Shown here: piece by piece, positions 20,371 through 31,103 of the stretch | Layout: each line of letters opens with the position of its first letter | Position numbering within the stretch: the stretch's first letter is position 1 | Source of the DNA: Bdellovibrionales bacterium | GTDB lineage: Bacteria > Bdellovibrionota > Bdellovibrionia > Bdellovibrionales > DASUEL01 | Assembly (NCBI GenBank): GCA_050250255.1 | Contig: JBFWOZ010000007.1 | Coordinates: 29,838 to 93,837, forward strand | Reading direction: 5' to 3' | Length of the DNA stretch: 64,000 bases | Program-made: the position numbers and the translations under genes | The notes under the pieces: model-generated | The model's database searches: none | The model's input: only the letters and a program-made list of their open reading frames with translations | Told to the model about the DNA's origin: nothing

Positions 20371-20970
20371 TTATTGGTTCAAAGACTTGTTAGCTCCTGG
20401 AAGCTCTGGAGTGTCATCGATATCCACTGAAGTATCAGATGAAGACTCACCGCGAGCATTCGCTAAGCGTTGATCAAGAGCGCTTTTCACATCGTCATAA
20501 GAACGAGGTGTTTCAACATACTCAGTCACGCGTGGCTCAGAAGGTCTAACCGCATTGGCTGGGAAGGCACCAAGCTTTGCAAGAAAGCTAGAGATGCTGC
20601 CGTTGCCATGCTGGATGATTTCGCGAAGAGTTGAAAGAGGAGCATATTCAGAAGCCTTCTTCTCAGCTTCAAAAATGATCTGAGTTAAAGTTGCAGCTGT
20701 GATGTCTCTTTTAGTCTTATTATCAATAACCATCACTTCTTCGTTCGCACGGATCATCTTGGCGATGTCCTCAAGCGTAACGTAGCAGCTTTGTTGCGTG
20801 TCATAGAGTTTGCGATTCTGATATCGCTTAATGATCTTCACGCTCGTGCTCGTATTTGGTCTTGCCATCACTGATGGTGTTGTTTGAGATTGTGTATTCA
20901 AGTTTGCCTCCCCTTCTTTCAAAGAGCCCTGATTAACGTTAGTACTTTCTTTTTTTGTCCATTCGTCCAT
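20371..20970 (-). CDS. PhaR-like polyhydroxyalkanoate-synthesis-regulator DNA-binding domain protein
   Basis: IIKRYQNRKLYDTQQSCYVTLEDI...DITAATLTQIIFE; start uncertain. Confidence 0.85.
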   Translation of the reverse strand: MDEWTKKESTNVNQGSLKEGEANLNTQSQTTPSVMARPNTSTSVKIIKRYQNRKLYDTQQSCYVTLEDIAKMIRANEEVMVIDNKTKRDITAATLTQIIFEAEKKASEYAPLSTLREIIQHGNGSISSFLAKLGAFPANAVRPSEPRVTEYVETPRSYDDVKSALDQRLANARGESSSDTSVDIDDTPELPGANKSLNQ

Positions 20971-21185
20971 TATTTTGTCCCACCGATTGCCTGTTAAACT
21001 ACTTATTTCACTGGCAAATTTTAAGTCGTGGTTGTCCCGTTTGATGCCCGTCCCAGATGTGTGGGCACAATAGGTCTGGCCGCCACATGTTGTCAAGCGA
21101 TCTAATAGCACCTTTCTTGATTTTTAACGCACCACGTACGGTCCCTTTGTTAGGAAGCTTTCCGAGAGAAAACTGGTTAGTGCTC

Positions 21186-21213
21186 TCAAGTTTTTCCTAA
21201 AACTGGCCGAAGG
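21186..21213 (+). promoter_or_regulatory. Sigma-28 (FliA)-like promoter
   Basis: TCAAGTTT-N12-GCCGAAGG (spacer one base longer than consensus). Confidence 0.5.
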
Positions 21214-21223
21214 TACAGGGAGC

Positions 21224-21700
21224 ATGAGAAGTTGGAATAAAAAATCAGAATTTATTGAAAAAATTAAGCAAAATCAAGCATTTGCAACGTCTGATTTGCT
21301 TCTTGTTTTGGGCTCAATTTGTCTCGTTTTGATCATTGTGATCCCTATATTACTTAAGGGGGCAGAAGGAAGCCGAGTGGAAAAGGCTCAGCGAGAAATG
21401 AGAAAATTCACTCAAGAATCAACATTTTTGCAGCTCGCCATGTATCACCCAAAAAAATCTTCGAGAAGTTTAGCCTCTGTTTCTCCAATCGTAGAAACCT
21501 CCAAGCATGATCCATGGGGACATCCTTACAAAATGGATACGATTGTCGACCATTACGGGCAGCCTAGTTTTTTCGTGATCTGGTCGCCCGGTCCTAATGG
21601 GATTATAGAGACTCCTCAAGCACAACCTATTCTTCGCAGTGGTCGTGTACAGCTTCAGTTTTTGGGGGACGATCTCGGCTATGCAATTGCGCTCAAGTGA
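21224..21700 (+). CDS. GspG-like pseudopilin
   Basis: Hydrophobic N-terminal helix after QA|FATSD; DPWGHPY and IWSPGPNG motifs. Confidence 0.7.
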   Translation: MRSWNKKSEFIEKIKQNQAFATSDLLLVLGSICLVLIIVIPILLKGAEGSRVEKAQREMRKFTQESTFLQLAMYHPKKSSRSLASVSPIVETSKHDPWGHPYKMDTIVDHYGQPSFFVIWSPGPNGIIETPQAQPILRSGRVQLQFLGDDLGYAIALK

Positions 21701-21751
21701 GCGACGTCTGTTCATCGCTCGTCGCCCTCAAATAACCAGACTTTCACCCTC

Positions 21752-21778
21752 TTAAGTCTCAGAACAGAACACCGAAGA
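21752..21778 (+). promoter_or_regulatory. Sigma-28 (FliA)-like promoter
   Basis: TTAA-N15-ACCGAAGA. Confidence 0.5.
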
Positions 21779-21806
21779 GTCATTGAAGCCTCATAAAGGA
21801 ATAAAA

Positions 21807-23639
21807 ATGGCTCAATTGGCTCGCAACTTCAGAATTCTTTTCGTCGTTTTGATCGCGGTAGGGTTGAGCGCGTGTTCTAGCGTTTCGACAAAGAAAAGTC
21901 CTAGCGAAGTCTCTTCCAATCCTTATTATGATGGCAATCAAGCACCAGAAGCGATGCGACCGCCCCAGGATTTTAGCACCGATAAAGTTCTGTTGGACCC
22001 CCTCTATTTAAACACTCAAGCAGACTATCACTACACTCTTGGCGAATCTTATAGCTTGGAAGGTTCTGCCGATCGCGCCATTGAAGAATTCAAACTCACA
22101 CTTGTGTATGATCCTAATTCTGCAAAGGTGCGTCTTCGTCTCGCGAGCGAATACGTTCGCAAGGGGATGATTTCAGAGGCGCTCGAGCAAGCAAAAACGG
22201 CAGTACAAAACGAGCCCAACTATTACGAGGCACGCGTGCTTTATGCGGGGATTCTGGCTTCTTTGAAAGTTTATGATGAAGCAGAGGCCGAGTACAAAAC
22301 GACGATCGCAAGGTTTCCAGACAAAAAAGATGCGGTTCTTCACTACGGTGCTTTGCTTGCAGAAGAGAAAAAGTATGACGAGTCGATTGCTCAATTCATG
22401 AGCCTAACTAAAGACAAAAACTACGAAACGCCACACATCCCTTACTACTATGCGGGACGTGTGTATTCAGAAGTAAAGAACTACTCCAGTGCGGAAGAAT
22501 GTTACGTAAAATCTCTTTTGAGTAAGCCAGATTTTGAAGAGTCTGTTTTGGCTCTCGGTCGACTTTTTGAAGATACAAAAAAGCGCGAGCGTACACTTCA
22601 ACTTTTTGAAACCTTTCAAGATAAACAAGGTCCCAGTGAGCGTGTTGCGGAACTTCTTGCTCGTCTCTATTTAGAAGACGAAGAGTATGAAAAAGCGTAT
22701 CGCCAATACGAAATCATTGAAGCTGCCGACGGTGCGAATTTAAATGTGAAAGTAAAAATGGCTTTGATCCTCATCGAAAAGAAAAACTTCGATCAAGCGA
22801 TTGCAAAGTTAAAGCAAGTGTTAGCGCAGGCTCCTGACTCTGACAAAATTCGTTTTTACCTCGCTGCGGTTCACGAAGAAACAAAAGAATACGACACGGC
22901 GATTGAGCACTTTTCTAAAATTCCCACGAGTAGCAGTTTCTACGTCGAGTCCATCGTGCACATGTCGTATCTACAAAAGGTCAAAGGAGATTTGCCTCAA
23001 GCGATCCAAACAGTAGAAGCCGCGCTCAAGATGAATCCCGATGCAGAACAGTTGTACACAATTTACGGATCACTCCTGCATGAAAACAAACAGTACAATC
23101 AAGCCGTTGCGGCCATGTTAAAAGCGACAGAGAAATTTCCTAAAAATGATCAGATCTGGTTTTTCCTTGGTTCTCTTTACGATAAGTTAGAGAAAAAAGA
23201 AGAAACCATCACCACAATGAAAACCGTTTTAGATTTAAACGAGACGCATTATCAGGCGATGAACTACTTAGCCTATACATATGCTGATATTGGCCAAAAT
23301 TTACCTGAAGCGGAGTCCTTGGCAAAAAAGGCACTCGCATTAAAGTCCGACGATGGATACATCCAAGACACATTGGGCTGGATTTTATTTAAGCAGGGAC
23401 GATTCGACGAGTCGGTGAGAGTTCTCGAGCTTGCATATCAGCTAAAATCTGATGAAGCTATAATTGCAGAGCATTTGGGAGATGCCTATCACCGAATGTC
23501 TTTGCCAAGTAAAGCAAAGAAAATGTACCAGAGGGCCATCCAACTTGAAACCGATACACAAGTTATTCACAAGCTTAATTCTAAAATCTCCGCGATCGAT
23601 GCGGTCATGCCTTCTCGTATCCCCGCTTCTGCTGATTAG
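21807..23639 (+). CDS. Tetratricopeptide-repeat lipoprotein
   Basis: Lipobox LSAC; many TPRs; NYLAY...DTLGW...EHLGD C-terminal signature. Confidence 0.9.
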   Translation: MAQLARNFRILFVVLIAVGLSACSSVSTKKSPSEVSSNPYYDGNQAPEAMRPPQDFSTDKVLLDPLYLNTQADYHYTLGESYSLEGSADRAIEEFKLTLVYDPNSAKVRLRLASEYVRKGMISEALEQAKTAVQNEPNYYEARVLYAGILASLKVYDEAEAEYKTTIARFPDKKDAVLHYGALLAEEKKYDESIAQFMSLTKDKNYETPHIPYYYAGRVYSEVKNYSSAEECYVKSLLSKPDFEESVLALGRLFEDTKKRERTLQLFETFQDKQGPSERVAELLARLYLEDEEYEKAYRQYEIIEAADGANLNVKVKMALILIEKKNFDQAIAKLKQVLAQAPDSDKIRFYLAAVHEETKEYDTAIEHFSKIPTSSSFYVESIVHMSYLQKVKGDLPQAIQTVEAALKMNPDAEQLYTIYGSLLHENKQYNQAVAAMLKATEKFPKNDQIWFFLGSLYDKLEKKEETITTMKTVLDLNETHYQAMNYLAYTYADIGQNLPEAESLAKKALALKSDDGYIQDTLGWILFKQGRFDESVRVLELAYQLKSDEAIIAEHLGDAYHRMSLPSKAKKMYQRAIQLETDTQVIHKLNSKISAIDAVMPSRIPASAD

Positions 23640-24213
23640 CACTTTATTCTCTGGTTGTTCCAATGTTCCCGTGCGATGGGATCAACAAACTCAAGGTCAG
23701 TGGAAGGGACGCGCGCTTGTTCGTGATCTTGTTGCAAAAAAAACCAATGTTGTTCGCATTGATTTGATTGCTCAACGGCCTCAAAAGCTTCGAGCGGATT
23801 TTTCAGCATCACTCGGTATTTATCTTGGCACCTTGACAATGAATGAGAGGGAGTTATCGTTTCTCATTAAAAATCAAAAAACTCTGTATCGCGGAAGTCC
23901 ACAATCTGAAAAGCTTTCGCAACTCACTCCATTTCCTTTGAGTCCTCGACAGCTGATGAGGTTGCTTTTTGACCAAGAGCCTGACGACTGGAAATGTGTA
24001 AGGGATGAGAAATCTTTTTTAAAAGAATGCATGACGGATTCTCATCTCAAAATCAGCTGGACGAAACGCCAGGATTCCAGGCGCACTGTGACGATTTTAG
24101 GTCGACAGTTTGAGATACAACTAGACCTAAGTGGGTCTGACTCTCCGATTCCGACGAATGACTCAATGTTTCTGCTCACCGTGCCTGCAGGATTCGCAAT
24201 CAAGAAAATTTAA
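23599..24213 (+). CDS. LolB-like outer-membrane lipoprotein
   Basis: Lipobox FSGC, beta-rich, position right after the TPR gene; start moved to ATG 23599. Confidence 0.6.
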   Translation: MRSCLLVSPLLLISTLFSGCSNVPVRWDQQTQGQWKGRALVRDLVAKKTNVVRIDLIAQRPQKLRADFSASLGIYLGTLTMNERELSFLIKNQKTLYRGSPQSEKLSQLTPFPLSPRQLMRLLFDQEPDDWKCVRDEKSFLKECMTDSHLKISWTKRQDSRRTVTILGRQFEIQLDLSGSDSPIPTNDSMFLLTVPAGFAIKKI

Positions 24214-24333
24214 TATTTTGCATTAATTCAACTTCACGTTTGCGGCCCGCAAATTTTATCAAGAAGCTTGGTGTTCCTGCTTTTTATCAGGCATAATTAT
24301 AAGAAGATCCTATCCCAAATTTGGAGGGGAATA

Positions 24334-26418
24334 ATGACCAATGATGCGTCAAAGATCGACTTCTCGGGTATTATTAAAAATCTACAATCTGCGCAAAACT
24401 ACAAAGACTTAGCGTGGAAAGGCTCATTCAACGACTACCTCACGTTGGTGAAAGAAAATCCTAAGATCACTCGCAACGCTTTTCAGAGGTTGTATGACCT
24501 CATTATGGAAGCGGGTACAGGCGAGTACGTCGAATTTAAAAAGAACATTGTTCAATACAAGTTCTTTTCGGATGAGAAACATAACGGACAAGACGCCGTA
24601 TTTGGTCTCGACGTACAACTTATGAAGTTGGTGAATGTTTTTAAATCCGCTGCACAAGGATATGGAACAGAAAAGCGCGTGATTTTACTTCACGGTCCCG
24701 TGGGAAGCGCGAAATCAACCATTGCACGTCTTCTCAAAAAAGGTGTGGAGGAATACTCCAAAACTGAGCAAGGTGCCATGTACACTTTTGAGTGGACCGA
24801 TGAGGGTGCAAACCCACACGGTCTTCTTGGTAAAGATATCAAATCATTCCCATGTCCTATGCACGAAGAGCCTTTGCATCTAATTCCGATCGAAATGCGT
24901 CCACGAGTCATGGAAGAAATGAATCGCGGCAATAAGGGCGAATATCGTGCTCACGTACAGGGGGAGCTTTGCCCTGCCTGCCGATTTATTTTCAAAGGTT
25001 TGCAAGATAAGTACGAAGGCGATGTTTTAAAAGTTTTCAATCACATCCGAATAAAGAGATTAATTCTTAGTGAATCCGATCGTATCGGGATTGGAACTTT
25101 CCAACCGAAAGATGAAAAAAACCAAGATAGTACGGAGCTCACGGGGGATATTAACTACCGTCAGATTGCGATTTATGGTTCCGACTCAGATCCTCGTGCC
25201 TTTAACTTTGATGGAGAATTCAACATTGCCAACCGTGGGATGATTGAGTTTGTCGAAGTATTAAAATTAGATGTGGCGTTCTTGTACGACCTTCTCGGTG
25301 CTTCGCAAGAGCATCGTATTAAGCCCAAGAAATTTGCACAAACTCACATTGATGAAGTGATTATTGGTCACACGAACGAGCCCGAGTATCGTCGTCTTCA
25401 AAATAATGAATTTATGGAAGCTTTAAGAGATCGTACGGTGAAAATCGATATTCCATATATCACTAAGCTTCACAACGAAATCAGTATTTACGAAAAAGAT
25501 TTTAACGATCGTAAGATTAAAGGCATTCACATTGCTCCGCATACCATCGAAATGGCAGCAATGTGGGCTGTGATGACTCGCCTTGAAGCTCCAAAGAAGG
25601 CGAATCTCACACGCATTCAGAAGTTAAAACTTTATGATGGAAAATCTCTACCAGGTTTTACTGAGGACAACGTGAAGGAGCTTCGTAAGGAAGCCATTCG
25701 CGAAGGTTTAGATGGAATTTCTCCTCGTTACGTACAAGATAAACTTTCTAACGCTCTCGTGAATACTAAACACGGAGATGTGGGGTGTGTGAATCCGTTT
25801 ATGGTTCTCAATGAACTAGAGAGCGGATTAAAACATCACTCGCTTCTTTCGAACGAAGAAAAGAAGGCATCTTATAAAGAGATGCTCGCGAGCGTAAAAA
25901 AAGAATATGAAGACATGGTGAAGTCAGAGGTTCAGCGTGCGATCAGCGCGGATGAAAATGCTCTTTCTCGTCTGTGCGGAAACTACATCGATAACGTTAA
26001 AGCCTACACGCAGCGTGAAAAAGTGAAAAACCCGTTTACGGGTCAAGATGATGAACCAGATGAAAGACTCATGCGCTCGATCGAAGAGAAGATCGAGATT
26101 CCCGAGTCGCGTAAGGATGATTTCCGTCGTGAAATCATGAACTACATCGGAGCTCTTTCTCTTGATGGAAAGAAATTCAACTACAAAACAAATGAGCGTC
26201 TCCATAAAGCGTTGGAGCTGAAGCTGTTTGAGGATCAAAAAGACAGCATTAAGATCGCAACTCTTGTTTCGAGCGTAGTGGACAAAGCCACTCAAGAAAA
26301 AATCGACATCGTTAAGACTCGTTTAATTAAAGATTACGGTTACTGCGAAATCTGTTCGACAGACGTATTAAATTACGTAGCCAGTATCTTTGCTCGCGGG
26401 GACGTAAAAAAGACTTAA
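24334..26418 (+). CDS. prkA: PrkA/YeaG family AAA+ serine kinase
   Basis: [11 protein letters not shown]alker [33 protein letters not shown]. Confidence 0.93.
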   Translation: MTNDASKIDFSGIIKNLQSAQNYKDLAWKGSFNDYLTLVKENPKITRNAFQRLYDLIMEAGTGEYVEFKKNIVQYKFFSDEKHNGQDAVFGLDVQLMKLVNVFKSAAQGYGTEKRVILLHGPVGSAKSTIARLLKKGVEEYSKTEQGAMYTFEWTDEGANPHGLLGKDIKSFPCPMHEEPLHLIPIEMRPRVMEEMNRGNKGEYRAHVQGELCPACRFIFKGLQDKYEGDVLKVFNHIRIKRLILSESDRIGIGTFQPKDEKNQDSTELTGDINYRQIAIYGSDSDPRAFNFDGEFNIANRGMIEFVEVLKLDVAFLYDLLGASQEHRIKPKKFAQTHIDEVIIGHTNEPEYRRLQNNEFMEALRDRTVKIDIPYITKLHNEISIYEKDFNDRKIKGIHIAPHTIEMAAMWAVMTRLEAPKKANLTRIQKLKLYDGKSLPGFTEDNVKELRKEAIREGLDGISPRYVQDKLSNALVNTKHGDVGCVNPFMVLNELESGLKHHSLLSNEEKKASYKEMLASVKKEYEDMVKSEVQRAISADENALSRLCGNYIDNVKAYTQREKVKNPFTGQDDEPDERLMRSIEEKIEIPESRKDDFRREIMNYIGALSLDGKKFNYKTNERLHKALELKLFEDQKDSIKIATLVSSVVDKATQEKIDIVKTRLIKDYGYCEICSTDVLNYVASIFARGDVKKT

Positions 26419-26448
26419 GGTGAAGTTATAATTTTGAATTGAGTTGAA

Positions 26449-27543
26449 ATGGGAATTAGACAAGACCACTCTCGATTTCGAGATATTATTAAAGGTCGCA
26501 TAAAAGAAAATTTTAAGCGCTATATCACTCATGGAGAAATGATTGGTAAGCGCGAAAATGATTTTGTGAAGATTCCCATTCCTCATATTGAAATCCCTCG
26601 CTTTAAATATGGACCCAAACAATCGGGCGGAATCGGCCAGGGCGAAGGAAACCCGAACGACCCTTTAGAGGAGGGAAAGCCGGGACAAGGTGCTGCCGGC
26701 GATGTGCCAGGTGAGCACATTTTAGAGGCCGATGTTTCTCTCGAGGAGCTGGCAGAAATTCTTGGTGAGCAACTGGCTCTTCCTAAGATTGAGCCTAAGG
26801 GCAACAAAACCATTGATACGACTCACATTAAGTATTCTGGTCTCGCTCCTGTGGGTCCCGAAGGACTAAGGCATTTTAAATCGTCTTATAAACAAGCACT
26901 CAAAAGATCCATCTCGATGGGAATGTATGATCCAGATAATCCTGTGATTATTCCTATCAAAAAAGACATGCGCTACAAATCCTACAAGACCGTGGTGAAA
27001 CCTCAGGCGAATGCCGTCGTTATCTACATGATGGACGTTTCGGGCTCGATGGGTGAAGAGCAAAAAGAGATTGTTCGTCTCGAGAGCTTTTGGATTAACA
27101 CGTGGCTCAAACATCATTACAAGGGCCTTCACACGCGTTTCATTATTCACGATGCGGGAGCGAAAGAAGTCGATGAAGCCACTTTTTTTAGTACGAGCGA
27201 ATCGGGTGGAACATTGATCAGTAGCGCATATAATCTCTGCAAAAAAATCATCGACGAAGAATACCCCATTAACGAATGGAACATTTATCCTTTTCATTTT
27301 AGTGACGGGGATAACTGGAGCAGTGAAGATACTCAGTATTGTATTAAACTCCTCAAAGAAGACCTCACGCAAAAAGTGAACATGTTCTGTTACGGGCAAG
27401 TTGAGAGTAAGTACGGAAGTGGGCAGTTCCTCAAGGATCTCGAGGCGGCCTTTCCTGAAAGCGAAAGCATCATCATGAGTAAAATTGAAAATCGCTCAAA
27501 AATCCCCGAATCCATCAAAGATTTTTTAGGAAAGGGTAAGTGA
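26449..27543 (+). CDS. YeaH/YhbH (DUF444) vWA-like protein
   Basis: [19 protein letters not shown] motifs. Confidence 0.9.
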   Translation: MGIRQDHSRFRDIIKGRIKENFKRYITHGEMIGKRENDFVKIPIPHIEIPRFKYGPKQSGGIGQGEGNPNDPLEEGKPGQGAAGDVPGEHILEADVSLEELAEILGEQLALPKIEPKGNKTIDTTHIKYSGLAPVGPEGLRHFKSSYKQALKRSISMGMYDPDNPVIIPIKKDMRYKSYKTVVKPQANAVVIYMMDVSGSMGEEQKEIVRLESFWINTWLKHHYKGLHTRFIIHDAGAKEVDEATFFSTSESGGTLISSAYNLCKKIIDEEYPINEWNIYPFHFSDGDNWSSEDTQYCIKLLKEDLTQKVNMFCYGQVESKYGSGQFLKDLEAAFPESESIIMSKIENRSKIPESIKDFLGKGK

Positions 27544-27544
27544 G

Positions 27545-29065
27545 ATGTCGAATCTGACTCCTGAGCTTGAAAAAGCCAGACTCGAAATCAAAAAAATTGC
27601 GGAGAGCTATGGTCTCGACTTTTTCGAAACGATTTTCGAAGTCATCACTTACGATCAAATGAATCAGTTCGCCGCTTACGGAGGCTTCCCTGTTCGCTAT
27701 CCTCACTGGCGCTTTGGAATGGAATATGAATCTCTCTCAAAGGGTTACGAATACGGACTTTCTAAAATTTACGAAATGGTGATCAACACGAACCCTTGTT
27801 ATGCCTACCTCATGGAAGGCAATATGCTTGTAGATCAAAAGCTCGTGATGGCTCACGTTTATGGTCACTGCGACTTCTTTAAAAATAATCAGTGGTTTGG
27901 AAAAACGAATCGCAAGATGATGGACGTAATGGCAAACCATGCCACTCGTATTAGTCGATATATGGATCGTTATGGGGTTGAAGACGTCGAAAATTTTATC
28001 GATCAGTGTTTAAGCATCGAAAATTTGATCGATCGTTACAGTCCTTATATTGAGCCGAGCAAAGAAAAGAAAGAGTCAGAGGAAACGCCGAAGCCACAAA
28101 ATCCCTTCTTGTTTCAGACTGAACGCAGTTACATGGATAAGTTTATCAATCCCCCTGATTTAGTTGAAAAACAGCGAGATGAGCATCAAAAGTCGGAAGA
28201 GATTAAACAAGTTTTTGGTCGCCCTGAGCGTGATGTCCTGAATTATTTGATTCAGCACGCGCCTCTTAAAACTTGGCAGCAGGACATTCTCGCGATCATT
28301 CGCGAAGAAGCTTATTATTTTGCTCCCCAGGGTATGACCAAAATCATGAACGAGGGCTGGGCCTCTTACTGGCATAGCACGATGATGACCCAAAATATTT
28401 TATCGGATTCAGAAGTCATTGATTATGCCGATCATCACAGTGGAACGGTTTCAATGACACCGTCCAGATTTAATCCCTACAAAGTGGGCATTGAATTATT
28501 CCGTGATATCGAAGAGCGCTGGAACAAAGGCCAATTTGGTAAAGAGTGGAACGAGTGTGACAACTATGGTGAGCGAAGAAATTGGAATAAAAAATTAGGA
28601 CTTGGTCGTCAAAAAATTTATGAAGTTCGACGAGATTACAATGACGTCACTTTTATCGATACGTTTATGACCGAAGAGTTTTGCGTTCAAAATAAATTAT
28701 TCGTTTACAAATTTAATAAAAAAACTCAGCGCTACGAAATCGACACGAAAGATTTCAAACAGATCAAAAGACAACTTCTGTTTCAATTAACCAATTGGGG
28801 CCAGCCGATCATTGAAGTGATTGATGGAAATTTTGAAAACCGTGGTGAGTTGTTATTAAGGCATCTCTATGAGGGTGTCGATATGCAACCCGATTACATG
28901 GAGGCGACGCTCAAAAATATTCAAGCGATTTGGGGGCGTCCCGTGAATCTTGCCACTTACATGGATCAAGAGCCAAAAGTTTATCATTTCAATGGCAAAG
29001 AATTTAAAGATCTCACGAACAGTAACAGCCAGCCGCTCGCAAAGGGTGAAGCCAATAAAGGTTAG
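27545..29065 (+). CDS. SpoVR/YcgB family protein
   Basis: [39 protein letters not shown]. Confidence 0.93.
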   Translation: MSNLTPELEKARLEIKKIAESYGLDFFETIFEVITYDQMNQFAAYGGFPVRYPHWRFGMEYESLSKGYEYGLSKIYEMVINTNPCYAYLMEGNMLVDQKLVMAHVYGHCDFFKNNQWFGKTNRKMMDVMANHATRISRYMDRYGVEDVENFIDQCLSIENLIDRYSPYIEPSKEKKESEETPKPQNPFLFQTERSYMDKFINPPDLVEKQRDEHQKSEEIKQVFGRPERDVLNYLIQHAPLKTWQQDILAIIREEAYYFAPQGMTKIMNEGWASYWHSTMMTQNILSDSEVIDYADHHSGTVSMTPSRFNPYKVGIELFRDIEERWNKGQFGKEWNECDNYGERRNWNKKLGLGRQKIYEVRRDYNDVTFIDTFMTEEFCVQNKLFVYKFNKKTQRYEIDTKDFKQIKRQLLFQLTNWGQPIIEVIDGNFENRGELLLRHLYEGVDMQPDYMEATLKNIQAIWGRPVNLATYMDQEPKVYHFNGKEFKDLTNSNSQPLAKGEANKG

Positions 29066-29475
29066 TTGAGAGCGAAATAGAAAAGTTGGCCGGCAAGCCC
29101 TAATATCATGAGCCAACCAGTTGCAAACCAACGTACGCGTTTCATGATGCGATTTTTTCCAAGATGTTCAAAGGAGTGTCCTAAGCGACTCGCAACAAAA
29201 AGCCATGCGAGAATCAAAGTGATTTGATCCACATTCTTCATTGCAAAGTGGGCAACACAAAGAATAAGAAACACGGTCGGCAATTCAAACTGGTGATCGT
29301 AATGTCGACCAACGACGACAACACGTTCGGAAGCATCACCCTGGTAGGATTTAAAAAACTGCATAGGCATTTTTTTTGATTTGATCGCGCCAAGACGCGT
29401 ACGAAAATTCAACAGAGCTAAACACCAGATGTAGAACACATAGAAAATCATGGGGAAGAGAATTTGTTTTTCCAT
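29062..29475 (-). CDS. MAPEG family membrane protein
   Basis: HQFELP...AWLFVASRLGHS pattern, 4 TM helices. Confidence 0.8.
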   Translation of the reverse strand: MEKQILFPMIFYVFYIWCLALLNFRTRLGAIKSKKMPMQFFKSYQGDASERVVVVGRHYDHQFELPTVFLILCVAHFAMKNVDQITLILAWLFVASRLGHSFEHLGKNRIMKRVRWFATGWLMILGLAGQLFYFALN

Positions 29476-29535
29476 GCAGTTACTCGATCATCCCCAATTC
29501 TTTTCTGTCAAACCGCGTATTGGCCGCCTATATGG

Positions 29536-30366
29536 CTAAGGTACTGGCTCTAAAATCTGCATTGCAGAGTAGCCAACGAGACGAATCATGTTGGCGAGAT
29601 ACTTGTAGTTAATCGTATCCCAGGTGTCACAGGCTTGATGGTAGCAGGGCGTGCTGTCTCCAGTGAAAAACTTTTCTTGAGCGTTCACAGCGGGTAGACC
29701 GGCTCTCCAAAAGCTGCCTTGATCTGAGCGACGATTACATTGAATGACTGGCTTCAGAAAAAGGTTTTGCGTTTGGATTGTATTGATCATGAGTTTTGCG
29801 AGAGCATGACTTGCTTCCCCACTCTCAGCACAAACTTGAACTTCCATGCCACCATCATCATTAGAATCATAACCAATCATATCCATAGTGAAAGCGCCGG
29901 CAAAAGGTGGCTTCAAAACTTCTCTTACGAAAATAGAAGAACCGACCAACCCGCTTTCTTCATGATCAAAAAAAACGACTTGAATCGTGTTTTTAAAGTT
30001 CGTCTTTGCCAATGAGGTCGCAATGATCAGGGCACCAATGCTTCCTGATGTGTTGTCGTCGGCACCAGAATAGTAACGGTCATAATGAGCGCCGATAAGA
30101 ACTGTTTTAGGGGTTGGGGAGGACCCCTTCTTTTCAAAAACTAAATTGAGACCTGAAGCGTATCCAAGCTTGAAAGCGTGAGGGGTGTAGCTGTAGCCTA
30201 AAGCTTTAAGTGCCTCGATATAATATTGCTGGCGCTGTGCTTGTTCCATCGTTGTGAGAAGCTTCATCTTTGTAATGAGGTCAGCTTCACTCACTTCAAC
30301 CTGAGGAAGTGCTAAGGCAGCAGTCGAAAAAAACAAAGTGACAAAAATAGATAAGATGAATTTCAA
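29536..30366 (-). CDS. Secreted M28 family metallopeptidase
   Basis: GAHYD, GADDNTSG, HEESG, DMIG, YH; TTG start with SD AAGGAG. Confidence 0.9.
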   Translation of the reverse strand: MKFILSIFVTLFFSTAALALPQVEVSEADLITKMKLLTTMEQAQRQQYYIEALKALGYSYTPHAFKLGYASGLNLVFEKKGSSPTPKTVLIGAHYDRYYSGADDNTSGSIGALIIATSLAKTNFKNTIQVVFFDHEESGLVGSSIFVREVLKPPFAGAFTMDMIGYDSNDDGGMEVQVCAESGEASHALAKLMINTIQTQNLFLKPVIQCNRRSDQGSFWRAGLPAVNAQEKFFTGDSTPCYHQACDTWDTINYKYLANMIRLVGYSAMQILEPVP

Positions 30367-30464
30367 GCAGTCTCCTTTAAACAAAAAATGTCTAAAGGAT
30401 ATATTCATAGTTTAAACAAATATGCAAGTGGGCGAAACTGAAGAGGACGTATTAAAATACGAAA

Positions 30465-30935
30465 CTAATCGTCGTCTTCGTCCGCGTAATCTTCATCATC
30501 CTCGTCGAGATCAAGATCGTCGTCGTCATCGTCGTCTTCATCCTCTTCGTCGTCTGTACGAGCCGCTTTTTTGTTAGCGGTTTCGAGGAAGTCCGCGAGT
30601 TCTTGTGGGCTTTCGGCTTCAACACGAATGAGCCAGCCATCACCCATAGGATCTTCAGAGATGAGTTCGGGATTTTCAATGACGGAAGCATTCACTTCGA
30701 TCACGTTGCCTCTGACGGGAACGTAGAGATGAAGAGGTCCGTCGCGGGTATCAAGCTCACCACAAACCTCATCGGCATCAACAACCGTGTTTTCTGTTGG
30801 TAATTCTGCAGAAGTGATTTCGCTCAGTTCGTCTAAGCCTTCTTCTGTGATTCCAATAGTTAAGACACTGTCATTCACAGTAATCCACTCATATTCAGCG
30901 TATGGAATAAAATCTTCTTCAAAATCTTTTGCCAT
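30465..30935 (-). CDS. Glycine-cleavage H-like protein lacking the lipoyl-lysine, with acidic tail
   Basis: EWI...IGIT...LYVPVRGNVIEVN...PELISEDPMGDGWL; ELDTRDG in place of VESVKA. Confidence 0.85.
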   Translation of the reverse strand: MAKDFEEDFIPYAEYEWITVNDSVLTIGITEEGLDELSEITSAELPTENTVVDADEVCGELDTRDGPLHLYVPVRGNVIEVNASVIENPELISEDPMGDGWLIRVEAESPQELADFLETANKKAARTDDEEDEDDDDDDDLDLDEDDEDYADEDDD

Positions 30936-31103
30936 TTTTTCTCTCCGAAGTGTGAGGAAGCTATCAAATGCTAACAAAGACCGCCATCTTTTTTCTGTTA
31001 CTGCATTGCTTCCCAATAAATTATTTTATGAGTCCTCGTGTTGCGCGACCCCCTTATTTTTGATACAAGCATCGACCGTCTAAAAAATTCTGGGGGGAAT
31101 GAA

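Noticed and set aside
24334..29065. prkA-yeaH-spoVR as a new system
   Set aside because: Well-known widespread trio with nothing atypical seen here
30468..30556. TCG/TCA trinucleotide-like repeat
   Set aside because: Simply the codons of the Asp/Glu tail of the GcvH-like protein
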